Shown: piece by piece, positions 49,641 through 63,459 of the stretch
Layout of the letters: the number at the start of each line of letters is the position of its first letter
Position numbering within the stretch: the first letter of the stretch is position 1
From: Marsupella aquatica
Lineage: Eukaryota > Plantae > Marchantiophyta
Direction of reading: 5' to 3'
Assembly (NCBI GenBank): GCA_973895155.1
Contig: OZ316892.1
Span: 14,562,861 to 14,626,860, forward strand
DNA length: 64,000 bases
Notes under the pieces: generated by a model
Database searches by the model: none
What the model was told of the DNA's origin: nothing
What the model saw: the letters and a program-made list of their open reading frames with translations, nothing else
Program-made: the position numbers and the translations under genes

Positions 49641-50708
49641 TTTTACACAGCAACGCAAACAAGGTCCGCCGATGTCACGAGACAGCCCACAGAGGGAGTA
49701 TGTTACAGCATCTGCACCGATCCGTAATACAAGGAGGCCGGCAGCGAATATGCAGGTCCCCCTCGGGAATCCTGTTTTGCAGTCCCCACCATAGGGTCCC
49801 GCTAAATTCCCGGCCCCGGCTAAACGAGCCCCCGTTGTGCCATTCCTACCCCTGCAGTGGAGGCCACGACTTTACCCGCCAACAGACCTCCCGTCGGAAC
49901 AAACGGACGGATGAGATGTAGGGTGTTGGATCCGACGACCAATGTGGCTGCGGTACATTGTCAGGCATTCTGCAGATTCCTCGTGGTGCTACACTTTTCC
50001 CTCGTGTCATCCATCACACTTAGTTCAGCACGGCTGGAAGCAGGGCTCGGGGGCAGAATTTTGTAAATCTTGTCTTGACGAAGGTTACACCCTTTCTACT
50101 TCACAGTGCTATTTCCCTAATTTTGCGCTCCAAAATATACAGCCCGATACCTTTCTCTGGGTGGCAAGATTTAATTACAATAACTGAGGTCTGGGCAGGG
50201 TTGTGGTCTGTAGCCCTGTTATCTGGATATTCCAAAAAGAGTCCCAGTTGGGCGGTCAGCTTATTCTCACAAGAGTGGTAACCCCCCCCCTCCCCCCCCA
50301 CTACACACATCGCTTATCCTATTGGCAAAGGCAAAGTTGAAGCAAGTATGCATCTTCTTGGTGAACATTTTGGAAGACCCCATCCAGGTGCAAGGCAGAA
50401 AATGCAGCATCTGGGGACCTTGTAGCTGGTCACTACAACCATCACCTAAGAGAGGGCAGCAAGATCATCTGAAAACAAGTGACATGGACAGAGAAAAGAT
50501 TCCAGGTATGCATGTCTTATGCCTCATTACTTAGCAGCTCTCCAAGTCATCTTGGGGATGCTACTGTTCTCTTTGATTGTAGAAAGGTTCAAGGTGTTTG
50601 GATCTCATGTCCTTTGTATATACTTGTCAGTTCTTCTACTATCCATGAAGTGATTTGACACTCCAATTCAAATAAAATGTACAATATTCTGCCTAGTTTG
50701 GACTTTCT

Positions 50709-51520
50709 ATCCTCCCTATCATACTTTTCCTTTCATTTTCTCTCACACTTGTCAGCTCTTCAATTATAGCAAGGAAGTGATGATTTAAGATTCCAATTCA
50801 AACAATCATACAGTATTCTGAAATTCTGAATAGTTTGCCTCTTCTGTCATATCTAATGCTTGTCAGTTGGTCATTTATCAACGAAGGGATGTAACAATCC
50901 AATTCAACCCAAATGAAGAGTGTTCTGGCTAGATGGGAGTACTTGCTTTGCGCCAATTCAGGAGGTCATGTGAGCTCTCATCCTTCCTATCATACTTTTC
51001 CTTTCATTTTCTCTCATACTTGTCAGCTCTTCAATTATAGCAAGGAAGAGATGATTTAGATTCCAATTCAAACAATCATACAGTATTCTGAAATTCTGAA
51101 TAGTTTGCCCCTTCTGTCATAACTAATGCTTGTCAGTTGGTCATTTATCAACGAAGGGATGTAGCAATCCAATTCAACCCAAATGTACAGTCTTCTGGCT
51201 AGATGGGAGTACTTGGCTTTGCGCCAATTCAGGAGGTCATGTGAGCTCTCATCCTCCCTATCATACTTTTCCTTTCATTTTCATTCATACTTGTCAGCTC
51301 TTCAATTATAGCAAGGAAGTGATGATTTCGATTCCAATTCAAACAATCATACAGTATTCTGAAATTCTGAATAGTTTGCCCCTTCTGTCATATCTAATGC
51401 TTGTCAGTAGGTCATTTAACAACGAAGGGATGTATCAATCCCATTCAACCCAAATGAACAGTGTTCTGGCTAGATGGGAGTACTGGCTTTGCGCCAATTG
51501 AGGATGTCATGTGAGCTCTC
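50709..51520. repeat. Tandem array, 3 x ~271 bp
   Basis: Units start ATCCT(C/T)CCTATCATACTTTTCC at 50709, 50980 and 51251, are highly similar and have no spacers. Confidence 0.95.
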
Positions 51521-53074
51521 CATTTTAAAAGAAAAGTATGTACTGTCTGGATGGAAAATTCCTTCATCAGTACCCCTCCCCCAGTCCCCCACCATGGAGA
51601 CCCACACTACCGGCCACTCAGTTTCTTGGGCAAAGTGTTTAACCGTTGCTGCTGTGCTACACGGAAGTAGTGGGGGAGCGATTACTACCCTATTAAATAA
51701 GGATAGTTTGAAAACACTTAGCACGGGGTATGCTGGCACGTTGCAAACCTACTTGGTGCCTATTGGGAAGCAGAGTTTTTTGAAATTTTGAGTTGACAAA
51801 ATGCTTGGCCAGTACTACAGTAGTCTTGTGTGGCGAGGTTAAAAAAATCGCTCTCTACCCTCTCCAGTGATTTTGCCCGAAGCGTCCTACCCTCTCTCCA
51901 GCCTCCAGGTGCCCCCTTCTCCTCTCGGACCTATCCTGATAATTATCCTCCCATCCACTTCTTTCTTTCCCTGTCTCACTTTTTCTTTACATCTACTGCA
52001 CTACTATTCTCGGGTTGTCAATAAAGAGCACCACGCTAACGCCAAAGTTCCGGCGGGGCCCATCGGCCATCGCATTTCAATCCAGTTTTTAACATTGATG
52101 ACAGTTTTGTCTTTTTTAATGTTACCCGGTTGGGAGGCCGTGGGTGTCGTCCGAAAGTTACCCTCTGTTGGCGATTGCGTGCATTGGTATCATGTTGTCG
52201 TCTCGGGCCATGTGGTCATTGAGCTGACATTTTTGTTGTATGCTTTTTACATTCGTGGCTTTGGCTATCACCAATAGAAATAAACCTTTGTCTCCTTTTC
52301 TGGGCTGCGAGATGTACACTGTTAACAACTATTTGTGCAGCCCAACATATTTGCCGTTAAGCTTCACTTTTTCCCTTTTTTTCCTTTTATTGCCTGTTAA
52401 GCTTCACTTGAGGCTTCACTTAAAGAGCCACTAGCCATGACAAAAACATAGTTCCACACATTTCACCATTTTTAGTATTTTTTCCTGAAAATGAGAAGCA
52501 AAACCTCACTGTAGAAGAGAGGAATGTGAAAAAAGGAGAAATTTTGGACACTCCACCTTTTATATAGCCAGTGGTGGTTTAAAGCTCAATTGCAAACTAA
52601 CACTAATAATGTGTGCATTTAGTAACAATAGGGTAACTTATTTAATTCATGCATAACATTATTTGGAGCCTAATGTAGTGGCAAAGAAAATCAGTCAAAA
52701 GGGGGATGCATTTCGAAAAACCGGTCAAATTATGGACGTTTTGCATCATGGGCAAGATTTGGAGCGAGAGAGAACACGAGCAAAGATCACATCAGCACAG
52801 AAGTAGTTGGACTTGACTACTCAAGAAATGGCAACCAAGCTACTCTTAGCAAGAAACCCATTGTAATTAGTGTTATTTTCTGTTGAAACTGCCCCACTCT
52901 CAATTCAGGTTTACCAAGTATGATTACTGACAAACGCTAAGAGTTAAGTCAAACTACAGTGAACAGTGTAGTTCTCAGTACCAGGGTTTTCCGCCCAAGA
53001 ATAACGAGTCCATGCCTAAAAAGGAGATGGTTCTTTAAGTGTAAACACTAAAGCAAGTTTTTGCTTTGTAGTTT

Positions 53075-53480
53075 TGAGTGCATTTATTCTCTACAATACT
53101 CACCTTTGCGGAGGGAACTTTGCAATGACCCATCAATCAATGGATAGGTAGCTCAAAGTACAAAAGGTTTACCTTGAAAAAAATAAAGTAAAATACAAGA
53201 CACACAATTTTGGCAGCAAATCTTTGCATGGCCTGAAATCTTGCTTGACACTCAGTAGTGTGTAAAGCAAGGAAAAGTTTTTTTGTGTAAAGCAAGGAAA
53301 AGTTTTTTTTCACTTCTCCTTGCTTTGCACACTACTCAGTGAGCTTAATTTCAGGGATTGTTTGTTTTTGTTTTGACCTAAATTAACGTTTTGGTTACTC
53401 ATTTGTGGGCCATAATGTCCCCTCAACTTCGGCTGCAGGCCTGCAGCCCTCATCTTTGGGGCATTATATCCCACAGTGCC
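53075..53480 (-). repeat. Dispersed repeat family A, reverse copy
   Basis: Reverse-complement match to 58818-59190 (GGGCATTATATCCC, TGTGGGCCATAATGTCCCCTCAA, GTAGCTCAAAGTA, GCAATGACCCATCAATC). Confidence 0.75.
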
Positions 53481-54512
53481 CTCCAACCAGGACTTAATGT
53501 ATGCATAAATCCACAGGTAAATCTTTGGAAAACTATTCATGATGTACTATTGCCGTGTTAGGGAGCCGTGGCCATGATCCAATTGCATAGCACACCTGGC
53601 AAACAGAGCAATTTTGGATCAAATTCGGAAATCCACTGGTCAGCTGGCTCAATGGTTCCACAGCCTCAATTGCAGGGTTAAGGAGCAGCAACTTTCACAG
53701 AAATTCAAAGAACAATTCACGAGTGGGTTACTTCCGATTTTCCTATCTGATGCAGGTTTTGGTCATTTGAATGGATTCTAAATGATTCATTCAAGAAAAA
53801 AATGTTTATTATTTTAGTTTTGTTGGTCAGCCTGGGGCTTCCTAGGACTTCCTAGGACACCTTGTAATTTATGCCTAATTCCTGTTGATCTAGCATTGGC
53901 CGCTATGCAGGGCACAAAATATTGTGGAACTCCTCAACAGTGAAATTGGTCAGTTCCTTAATTAAAGTATGGTGGATTCTGTATTGTTCTGCCCAGCTGT
54001 CCATTGACTGGCATATGGTGGAGGCCGGTGGATTGACTTTCTCTTGTCAGCTCAATTGGCTGGAAAGACTTGAGCAGTGAAACATATTTAATGAGAGCCC
54101 TCGGCAAGATTCATCATGTTGGGCCCTGTGGCAAAGGTTGCCAATGTGTATTGCTATAACCTTTCCCACAAAACCAGACCTTGCAACACAAGGCAGACAC
54201 AACTGTACTTCTTCCTGAAGCAACCTGCAGCCCCGACCTTCGTGCCAATTATGATCAATAGCGTGCTCTTCTGCTAAGAAAGCACGAGCCAACACTTCTG
54301 AAAACCATACCCTACAATGAATGCAGGGACATCGAACACTCCCTTGGAATGCTGATGGCTCCTTACGCAGCTCAACCTTTGTGAATTAGCCCAATATATA
54401 CCACCTACTTGCACTGAGTTTGTGCTGTCATTGACCATCGCGGATGATGGAGCCCTACTTTGGGGGTCTGATTTCTTTTTAAGAAGTCAAGCACATGTCA
54501 ACAAGAAAAAAA

Positions 54513-54667
54513 GTATTTGTTTTGATGGGACCCCAAAGTGAAAAGTGTGACTTGATAATACCCTTGAGGTTTTGGGTATGTTCATTCAAGGTCTACCAAC
54601 GGTCTGGATCATTCACGGATCCTATCAAGTACCACTTTTCATTTTAGGGTCCCTTCAAGGAAATAAC
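54513..54667. repeat. Small inverted repeat/MITE-like hairpin, ~40-bp arms
   Basis: TTGATGGGACCCCAAAGTGAAAAGTGTGACTTGATA pairs with TATCAAGTACCACTTTTCATTTTAGGGTCCCTTCAA. Confidence 0.75.
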
Positions 54668-57632
54668 TCACAAGAACAATTCTTTCCCGTGGTTTTGAAT
54701 GAAGAATTTGAATAACTTCATCCAAGACTAAGGGTGCAGATATGCCAAATTCCATGTGTCATCAGATGGTTGGTTTAGAGCTACTTCAGAGGAAATTACA
54801 AGTTGGGCCTCTGATAGAGGACCCAAAATTCAGTGAAAGCTCAAGAGCCATACCACCTTTTTTCACTGACTTCTCCCAACAACCTGATTTAAGCAGCTCC
54901 CAGATCTCAGTCTCTTCATGCTGGAACCAACGACCCCTCCTGACCTCAATTCTCTTCCAGCTGGCACAGATGAGCTCTCCTTGCTTGGTCTCTTCGTGTT
55001 GACATTGACCTTCAAATGTGAGACCGTAACCAGCCAATGACTCACGTAGGGGTGACACAACCCCTCGAATTAGAACTCAACTAGCCTTTTGCTACTCACG
55101 CAAAAGTGAACAAGTTTTTGAAATTTTCCATGTGGACCCTGGTTATCTCCTATCCACTATTCACAAGACTGGTATCAACAAATTGTTTTGCCTTGGTTGC
55201 CCCGGGCACATCACCATCAATTACTTTTGCTGTAGCACGCGATGATTGAGCCGAGTGTTGCACCATCTTTGGCAGACCGTTTGGCTGCACCAATAAAGGA
55301 CGAGGCTTGAGTAAGAAGAGCTATGAAGGATGAGGTTCTTTTTGCTACACGTAGTTGTGAACAACCTAGTGTTTCACTAGCTTGTAAAGGACAAGCAAAT
55401 TGAGGCACAGTTTGACAAATGGGGTGGGCTAAGAATCATATGCCTTGTAGCAATTTGAATTCAGTAATGTTGACTTTGACAAGATTGTTGATGGGGACTC
55501 TCAGGCTTGTGGGCCTATTTGGTCCTCTTGGGGTCTTTCCATTTTCCGCTTTCTCCCCCTTAGGAGTACTTTACAAGACCTGGGGCACTTGGGAGTTATT
55601 TTCACCAAAGCAAACTGGAGGGCCATTGCACACACTAAATATAGTGTTCCGTGGCTAAAAGCATTTTTTGAATCCTTTTATTGCCCCCAAGGTCTTGTAA
55701 AGCCAAGTGGCCAATGGTGCCAGATTAATTGACTAAAGACAGATTGAGGACCCACTCCACCTGGATGTCACGTAATCTTTGGCTAATCTTTGTTTTTTTG
55801 CCTTTGGGATCTTGTGTAGTAAATGACTTGTAAGAACAAAAGACAGTCAATATTGCTAAAATAACACCAGTAACCCCAGTTAATTCACCTGTTTAGATAA
55901 ACACCAAAAATATGCAAAATCATAATTCGAACCATCATACTCGCTGTCTCAAGCCAAAATTGATTAGAGTCATTAAGCCCATGAAAAAGCTTCAACTTTT
56001 GATCCATATTTTCAGAAAATTACTAGGTACAGAAAGTTCGAAATCATTCCAATGGTGTCCAAACTTGCTTTTTCAAGTGCTTCTCTAGGTAATATGTAAA
56101 GACAACCTCTCTCTCTTTATCACTTTGCAGAATTGAGAAAATAAATTTGAGTTTTGTTCTTTGGCACCATGATATGTATAAGTAGCACTTTGAACCAGTA
56201 AAATTGACTTTGACAACGTGAGCTTAGTTTTGTGTTCAGCAAGAACAATACAGCAGGAAGAGAGGAACAGGAAAACATTTAGCAAAGATCGAGTGATTAC
56301 AAAATTGAGTTCCTTTTGCTGGAACTCTGTCCTTTCATTTTCAAATCATAAGCAACAGCTTCTTATCGTCCTTCCTCCATTTAAATTGTTCTAGTGATGG
56401 ATTCTAGGCGTCCTGGTTGAGGGGACATCATGGCCCACAACGCCCATAAACAGAACCTTACCATATGTAAAAGCTTGAGTGAGTTTTGGAAAGACAGAAT
56501 AAGAACGCCCTGATTTTATTAGGGTCTTGCCAGAGTGTGTGAATAAGGACAAAAATTTACCTTGCAAAGATCAACAAATTTTAGTTTTGTTGTACATGGT
56601 AAGAGGTGTTGTGTAATGCAAGCAGACAGGAATTTTGATAGCGACGAGAATGTTGTTAACGAGACACTAGTGGTTTTCAATTTCCTTTGCCTTTTATATA
56701 TTTTTTGTGTCTTTTTAAGACTCCAGATGGCTAGTGAGTTTGCTAGCCAAAAGAGTATGTTACCAACCAGGTTGTTGTTAGCAAGGCACCTTGATATAGA
56801 AAAATAGGGGCCATGGGAGAAAAACTTTTGCTCGTGTGAGGAAAATCCTTACTATTTCCTCTCACGCTACAATGACCTGGTGCCTAATTGCATCGTCCAC
56901 CATGTGTAAGTCTATACTTGAAGCAAGTATGTATAACATTTGTAATCTTGTACTTGCAGGTTTGCAAAATTTCCCATTACATGAGAGGGGTCCTGCAGGT
57001 TTCCAAACTTTTATCGTGGCTGGAGTGTTTTAGGGGGTCTCAATCATTTATCATCTGTTGCTATCAATTTCATGAGGTTGTCAATTTTATTGTGAAAGAG
57101 GGGGCCATCAGCATTTAGTACAGCATTGCAAAGATCAACTTAGTATTGTTTTTGTTTAACACTTATTCAAATTTGAAATGTTACTCAAGGGGCAAACAAC
57201 CAAAAGTAGAGGATTCATTCCATCCTCAGACAGAAGGACAAAGAAAAATGTCAAAACATTGTGAAACCTTGCATAGCTTGCATGAAAATAAACTGAAGAC
57301 AATTATATGGTAAAAATTCAAAGCTGTAGACATGACATTGTCTTCACGTAAGTTAAATTGCAGTTTGGGGGACAACGGGAACTATTCCACGTCTGGCCCC
57401 TGTCTCTTTGTCATTTCAGCATGGTTGACCCTGAGCTTCATAGTAGCTCTTATTGGTGATAATGTCAAGCTAAAACATATTTAAAGAAACTTGTTACAAG
57501 AACATTTGTCACGGAAGTGACAAAGGGGGCCAAGTTAGAACAAACTTTTTGTAGAGGCCCATAAGATAATTTTGTTATAGGGAGATCCCATCAAGCATAT
57601 ATCTTGTTACACTTGCCTTGATTTATAGGTTA

Positions 57633-57654
57633 TTATATATATATATATATATAT
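57633..57654. repeat. (TA)n microsatellite
   Basis: Direct reading. Confidence 0.9.
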
Positions 57655-58817
57655 TGTACAGAAGAAAAATCCTCAAATGGTATATTGTAGAAAATAAATG
57701 CCCTTAAAACTCAAGCCCAAGCATTCATTTTTTGCATCTGTGCCGCACTCCCCCCCCCTGCCCCCTAATTCAGTGTTTTGTCCAAAGGCTCCCAAGGGCA
57801 AACCATTTTATTAACAGGAATACTTTACACTATTTACCGAACGCCGGACATGAAGCAGAGGAAGAAAAAGTCAGTGATTCACGACCATCCAGAATTATTT
57901 CTCCATAGTCATCAATCACCATGAACAGCCAAATGAATAAAGAAGCCGGATCCAAATAAACAAGGCATTAAAAAGGGAAAAGATGAAGATATTTAAAGAA
58001 CAGAATTAGAATAAAGCTGGCCAATCTAAAAAACCAAGAAATGCGTGACCCTATAAAGAACTGTTTGCTCAGCTGCCAGAAGAAAATATACCAAAAATAG
58101 TTATAAAGCTGCCAACTGCAATATTCGTAATATTCTATGTAAAGAAAACATTTCTCTCTAATAAAACAATGAGTTTGGGGAATGAGGAGGGAAAATGAAG
58201 GCTGGATGGACCACCATGTTCGACACAATGCTCCCGCGTATCACATTTTGGTGGTCTATGGGAGTATTGGGCTTATAATTTGATGATTATGAATTTTTAA
58301 ATAAATGATATTTTTCAGTGGCAAGGGCAACTAGAGAAGGAGGAGATGCAATAAAACACAAGCCCTAATATTTCATATAAATGCAATGAAAATTGATTTA
58401 ATAGAATTCACCCCTCCACATTCCATGATGAATAATTTCAACCAAAATGACCAAAACTCAAGGTCAATTTGATGGAAGTGTAGCTTACCTGCCCCTCTAA
58501 TGCATCCTCAAAAGTCAAAACTACAAAATATTTGAATATGAACATCAAATTATTGCAATTAAACTCAAATTTTGGGAAATGTGATCCATGGGGGGTTTCA
58601 AGGACCAACCTTGTGGTCCATGGGACCATCATTTTAGTGAGGAGGGGGTCTGGAGAAATCTTTCCTGAAAAATTATTACAATAATAGATAATTTCTTATC
58701 ATCTCTTAGATAGAGGAAGAGGGAAACCGCACCCGAGCATTTGGCCACCATGCCATGATAAAGAAAACAGTGAATTGCAAGCTGCCCTTTCAGAATAGAG
58801 TCACATCCTTAGCTAAA

Positions 58818-59190
58818 GGCATTGAGGGATATAATGCCCCCAAAACGAGGGCTTTTAGCCCAAGTTGGAGTGGACACTATGGCCCACAATTCCCCTAACC
58901 AGAACTTTAACTTATGTGAAAGTGTTGTTAAGTCTCTGTAAAGAAAAATAAATAAATTTAAATCCCTGAAATTAAGGTCAATCATGTGTAAAGGAAGAAG
59001 AAATTCAAATGTCAGGATTTTAGACCAGCAATAATTTTCCGGCAAAATTGTGTTGTGGTGGTAGGTTACTTTTTGTTTTATATAGAACCCACTTTTTTAC
59101 TTTGAGCTACATGCCTAGATTGATGGGTTATTGCATAATTCCCTCCTCAAAGCAAGGTGTGCATCATTGTTGAAAACAAGGGCCCTAAAA
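58818..59190 (+). repeat. Dispersed repeat family A, longest copy
   Basis: Collinear with 5180-5470, 7818-8165 and reverse 53075-53480. Partial copies also lie at ~56415-56560 and ~59246-59320. Confidence 0.75.
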
Positions 59191-60756
59191 TACACAATGT
59201 CAAAAGTCATGAAAGTCTAAATGTATATAGTAAGGTTACATATACAGGGCATTGTGGAATATAATGTCTCAAGAAAGAGATCCTAAGCTCAAGTGTTGAG
59301 GGCTTACTTTTGCCCACTAGATCAACACCTGTGTCTTCCACAGAAGATGTCTTTGTGGGAAAGGTGTCATTGTGCAAAAAATGGTATTGTCAAAAAAATC
59401 TCAATTCGGAAAAGATATGCTTGTGCAAAAGGTGTCGTATTGGAAGACACTGACAAAATTAAATGTCATGGGGGCAAGGTGAACTTTTGAGCCATATGTC
59501 TATGCATTGCAAATTAACATTGGCAACTATGTTCTGCCTCGTGTTGTGCTTGTGGTTGGGTTGTTGTTGCAACTATGTTGTGATTCTGGAAGTCAGTTGT
59601 CATTTCAAGCAGGATTTCAAGTGGGTTCTGGTTGTAGTTGTGTGACTGTTGTAAAAGTGTTGTCATTCCAACTGGGTTATCTTTGTAATCATGTTGTGGT
59701 TTGGAAAATGTTGTTTCGGTGCATGGTTGTTGGTGTGGCAATGTTATCATTTTGGTCAATGTTCTTGTTGCAAATGTGATGTTGTTTAGGAAAGCAAGGC
59801 CATTGAAGGAAGTGTGAGAACAGGCATTGGCTGCTGTGGGGTCCAAGCAGGTTTGCGTAAACAGTTCTTTTCCTCCTCTCCCTCCCTCTCTCCTTCCCCT
59901 CCCCACATGAGTGGGGCAGAGGGAAAGGGCAAGATGCAAGGGAAGGCAGATGAGCACATGTTTCAGGCAGATAGACTTATGTCCCTTTCCCCACAGTCTT
60001 CTGTCCATCCACTCCCATGCCTCCCCCTCTCCATCTTGGGAAAAGAAAACAATCACCTAAATTGGGTGCCAGTACTGTGAATGTGGAATGTCTAGGTCGA
60101 CACAAATGAATAGACCGTGGCCAAAAAAGTGTCTGGTCCCAATGGGTTGGAAAGAAAATTCATCCCACAAGGAACGCAAAAAAGTGTATTGGAGCAGAAA
60201 TCCATGCTCAGATATGTTGGGTGATGCAAGGAAAATAAAATGGGATAAATAGAGTTTGATTGAGGGCCAAAACAAAGCATTGTGCAAGGTTGAATCACCC
60301 TGCCACAACAATTGGCCTGCACCCACAATGGAAAAAGAATAGTCCACCTCACTTAAAAAAACAGGAAAGATGGGAGGGGGTGGTCAACGATTCAACTTGG
60401 CCTCATGAATTTGACAGGAGTACAAAAGGAAAAAAAACAGGACCTCCATCCCTTAGACACTAAAACATGTAGCGTAGTCTGTGATTAAAAAACAAAAACT
60501 ATACCTCAACAAATAGCCTCTTTTCCAGAGCATAAACCTCCCACCCATGCTCATATGTATGCTTCCTATGTAGGATGGGAAAGAGTACCACATGTACCAT
60601 CATACTTTCATACATAGACCTACTTATGGTATATATATGGTAAGACATAAAGTACTCTTGTGAGCTAGAGTTTTGTTGTTTAGGTTGCAACCCTACAAAT
60701 TGTAAGCACCATACAATTCAATTAATGGTTCTAATGTTTGCTTACGGCATTGTGTC

Positions 60757-61042
60757 CCTGGGGTCCTCATTTCTTTTCTTCCTACCCATCACGCGTGAAT
60801 AAGTATAGGATTTTTTTATTGGGTTTAGTGAAATACTTTTTAATTTTTGTTGAAGAACATTAAGGTTATTTTAATCCAATTTTGAGAATTATAAGAATCA
60901 TAGGGTTTTTTAAAATCAAATATTATTAAGTTAGGGGTAAAAGAATTCCTAAAAAAAAATTTATTGACTTAACTTTTAGGGTGTTTATTCCCCCAAAACT
61001 TCGAGCGTGATATGGGACACCCCTTGGATTGAGGCCCCCGAG
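60757..61042 (+). mobile_element. Short-TIR element family C, copy 3
   Basis: Perfect 8-bp TSD ATTGTGTC at 60749-60756 and 61043-61050. Termini CCTGGGGTCCTCA...TGAGGCCCCCGAG. Confidence 0.88.
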
Positions 61043-63459
61043 ATTGTGTCATGTGGGATACAACATTCTCACAACATCAGGAGGCTACATTCTACATCTC
61101 AAAACACAGCACCTTCCGACTTCTCTCGAGTGTTGTCTTCTATACAAATGGTCTTACTGACCTTCTTACAGTAGTACAATAGCTTCTTCATCTCACTCCT
61201 TCATTTGACAACTAAATGACCTATAATTTGCTTTTTACTCTCCTCCTTAGTGCCACAATATTCTAGTGTTGATCACGATATTTTGGCATAATGGTAGTGT
61301 TAGGGAAGATTGCCTCTATGTTCATGAGTAGAAAGCTTCTGAGTACTTCTATTACATGCAGGGTTACACATATGGAATCTTTTTATATATAAGGCTGCCA
61401 AAGAACAAGAACCACCATATCGGAAAACAGGGTCCCAAAGGCTGGAAACCCAATAGAGGAAGAAAACAAGGGGAAACCCCATGAAGCCCTAAGAGCCAAA
61501 AGCCCCAAAGTCCCCAACAATGGCAAAAGAACCAAAGCTCTAACAAACTGAAAAGCCTGGTAGAACTTGGGTGTAAATTGCATAGGAGCCTCAAAAGGAG
61601 GAAGTTGACCAAAGGCCCTAAAACCAACAGCCTCGCCCTGACAAAGAAGAGTGAACTGCAACCTAGCCGGGTGCCTAGCTGCAGTTTTTTTAATATATTC
61701 TGCGTGGGGAACCAGCAGGCCAGTAAAGGCAAAGCAGCATCCAAAAGGGGGCAGAAGGGTGAATTAAGTGGTTTACCATGCATCAAACCTGGAAGTTTGT
61801 ACTTATACATCAAGCTCTAAAACTGGTGGGGTCTCAATACTTTGGGCGAGTTTTGAACTACATACCTGATGATTTACAGGCAAATCTTCTACCCAAAAGG
61901 ATCCAACTGTGATTGTTACGAAGTTGATTCTATATTTAACCCACTATGTTTGTTACTATGTAAATTTCACATTCACCCCTTTCTCGTCCACCCTCACTTT
62001 AGTTTATGGTGGGCTTTGGGTCCTGTTAAAGGGTTCACATGTAAGTCACACCCCCAAAGAACAAATTGGGCCATACCGGGGAAACAGGATCCTAAAAGCA
62101 GGAAACCCAATAAAAGGGAGAACCCAACTCCCAAAAACACTAGCCAAAAAGTCAGACAGTCCCCTACAACTGCAAAGGAACTACCTCCCTATGCAAAGTA
62201 GGCCACCCGTAGAACCAGCACCCAGTGAGCTAAATAGCTAATATATAGTGGATGATTGCTTTTGGGGATATAGCCATAGCTTTTTCATGGGGTCACCTAA
62301 TGGTTTTTTTGTTTTCTCTACAATGACTTATGTTTATGGTCTATGAACAATTTCTATGTCAAAAAGTTATGGACTATGAATTTGGTAGTCCATAATTTTT
62401 CTATTGCTAACCTGAACTACTAAATTAAGATCCATCAAATATGAAGCTACTCCCTAACTGTGGCACGAGCATGGAATGAATTGATCACCAAACCTCACCA
62501 ATTCAATTTGCGGACATCACGTAGTGCTTCAGGCCAATCCAAATTGTTGCCAGGGGAAACCTTGTCCCAAATGAACAAAAGCATTAGTGAGAGGTCACGT
62601 GATGAGATCTACTTTTTCATAAACAATAAAAAACTAGAAGATCAATCTTGAAACCTCACCAGTAACGACGCCAAACTAGGATGTATGAGAACGACAGCAC
62701 AGAAATTGTCAGTGTCTGCTAGGCCAAGAGGGGGACAGAAAGAAGTGAGCAAATCTTTGATGGGCCAAAGAGACCTTTTGATAAAGGAATCGATAGGCTG
62801 ATGCACGTGACAACCTCCCTAGAATCCTAGACGATGATTATCGTCACCGGTAAAAATGCTGGCAGTCAGGTGAGGATTATATGCACATGCCACTCCATAA
62901 AATATGTGGATTCGCAAATGAGAGGGTTTCCTTTATGCAGAACAAACCTCGAGCTCGTAACCCAAGGGTGAGCCTTCCACTTCAGTTGACAGGGCTCACA
63001 TGTCATGCAGCATTTTAGCAGCTGGCTCAAGAGTATGACGGAGAACCAAACCTTCCTACTGGTCGACATTTTTATTCACTTCACTTTATCCAGAAAGGTT
63101 GTCGTTTCCTATACGCCAATCCAGCTCAGAACCTAAAAGACAGTTATCCTTCGGTCCATTTGGTAGTGCTCCTGACCAAATCACTATGTGATTCCTTTTA
63201 TTACTTGTTTTGTGGTATGGGGTTATGTATGTATACACAACAGCGCTTGAACTGCGTCCTTGACGAGAAAGTAGGGGGGCGAGGAATCCATCAACTTACT
63301 CTACTGCAATTTTTAAAAATTACACGGGTCACAAAGGTGGGAACTGCAGGAAAAGACAGACTCTGTTGAGGCCCTTTCGTTCAAATGTGACTTGTTGGGG
63401 TCCATCCTTGCAACCCCTTTGGGGCTGTGACAGTGTTGCACCAACAGCATAGCAACTTT

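Noticed and set aside
51130-51501. 123-aa ORF inside the 271-bp tandem array
   Set aside because: The other repeat units carry stops or frameshifts at equivalent positions, so it is a chance ORF.
54050-55400. Possible second decayed LINE fragment on the minus strand
   Set aside because: Only vague Trp/Cys patterns; not supportable without a profile search.
55689-55710. Resemblance to the tasiR-ARF complementary sequence
   Set aside because: About six mismatches in 21 nt, no flanking miR390 sites seen, and it is better explained as one arm of a local inverted repeat.
62500-63070. Gene-like stretch with splice-like signals on both strands
   Set aside because: I could not assemble a stop-free reading frame or recognise a protein.
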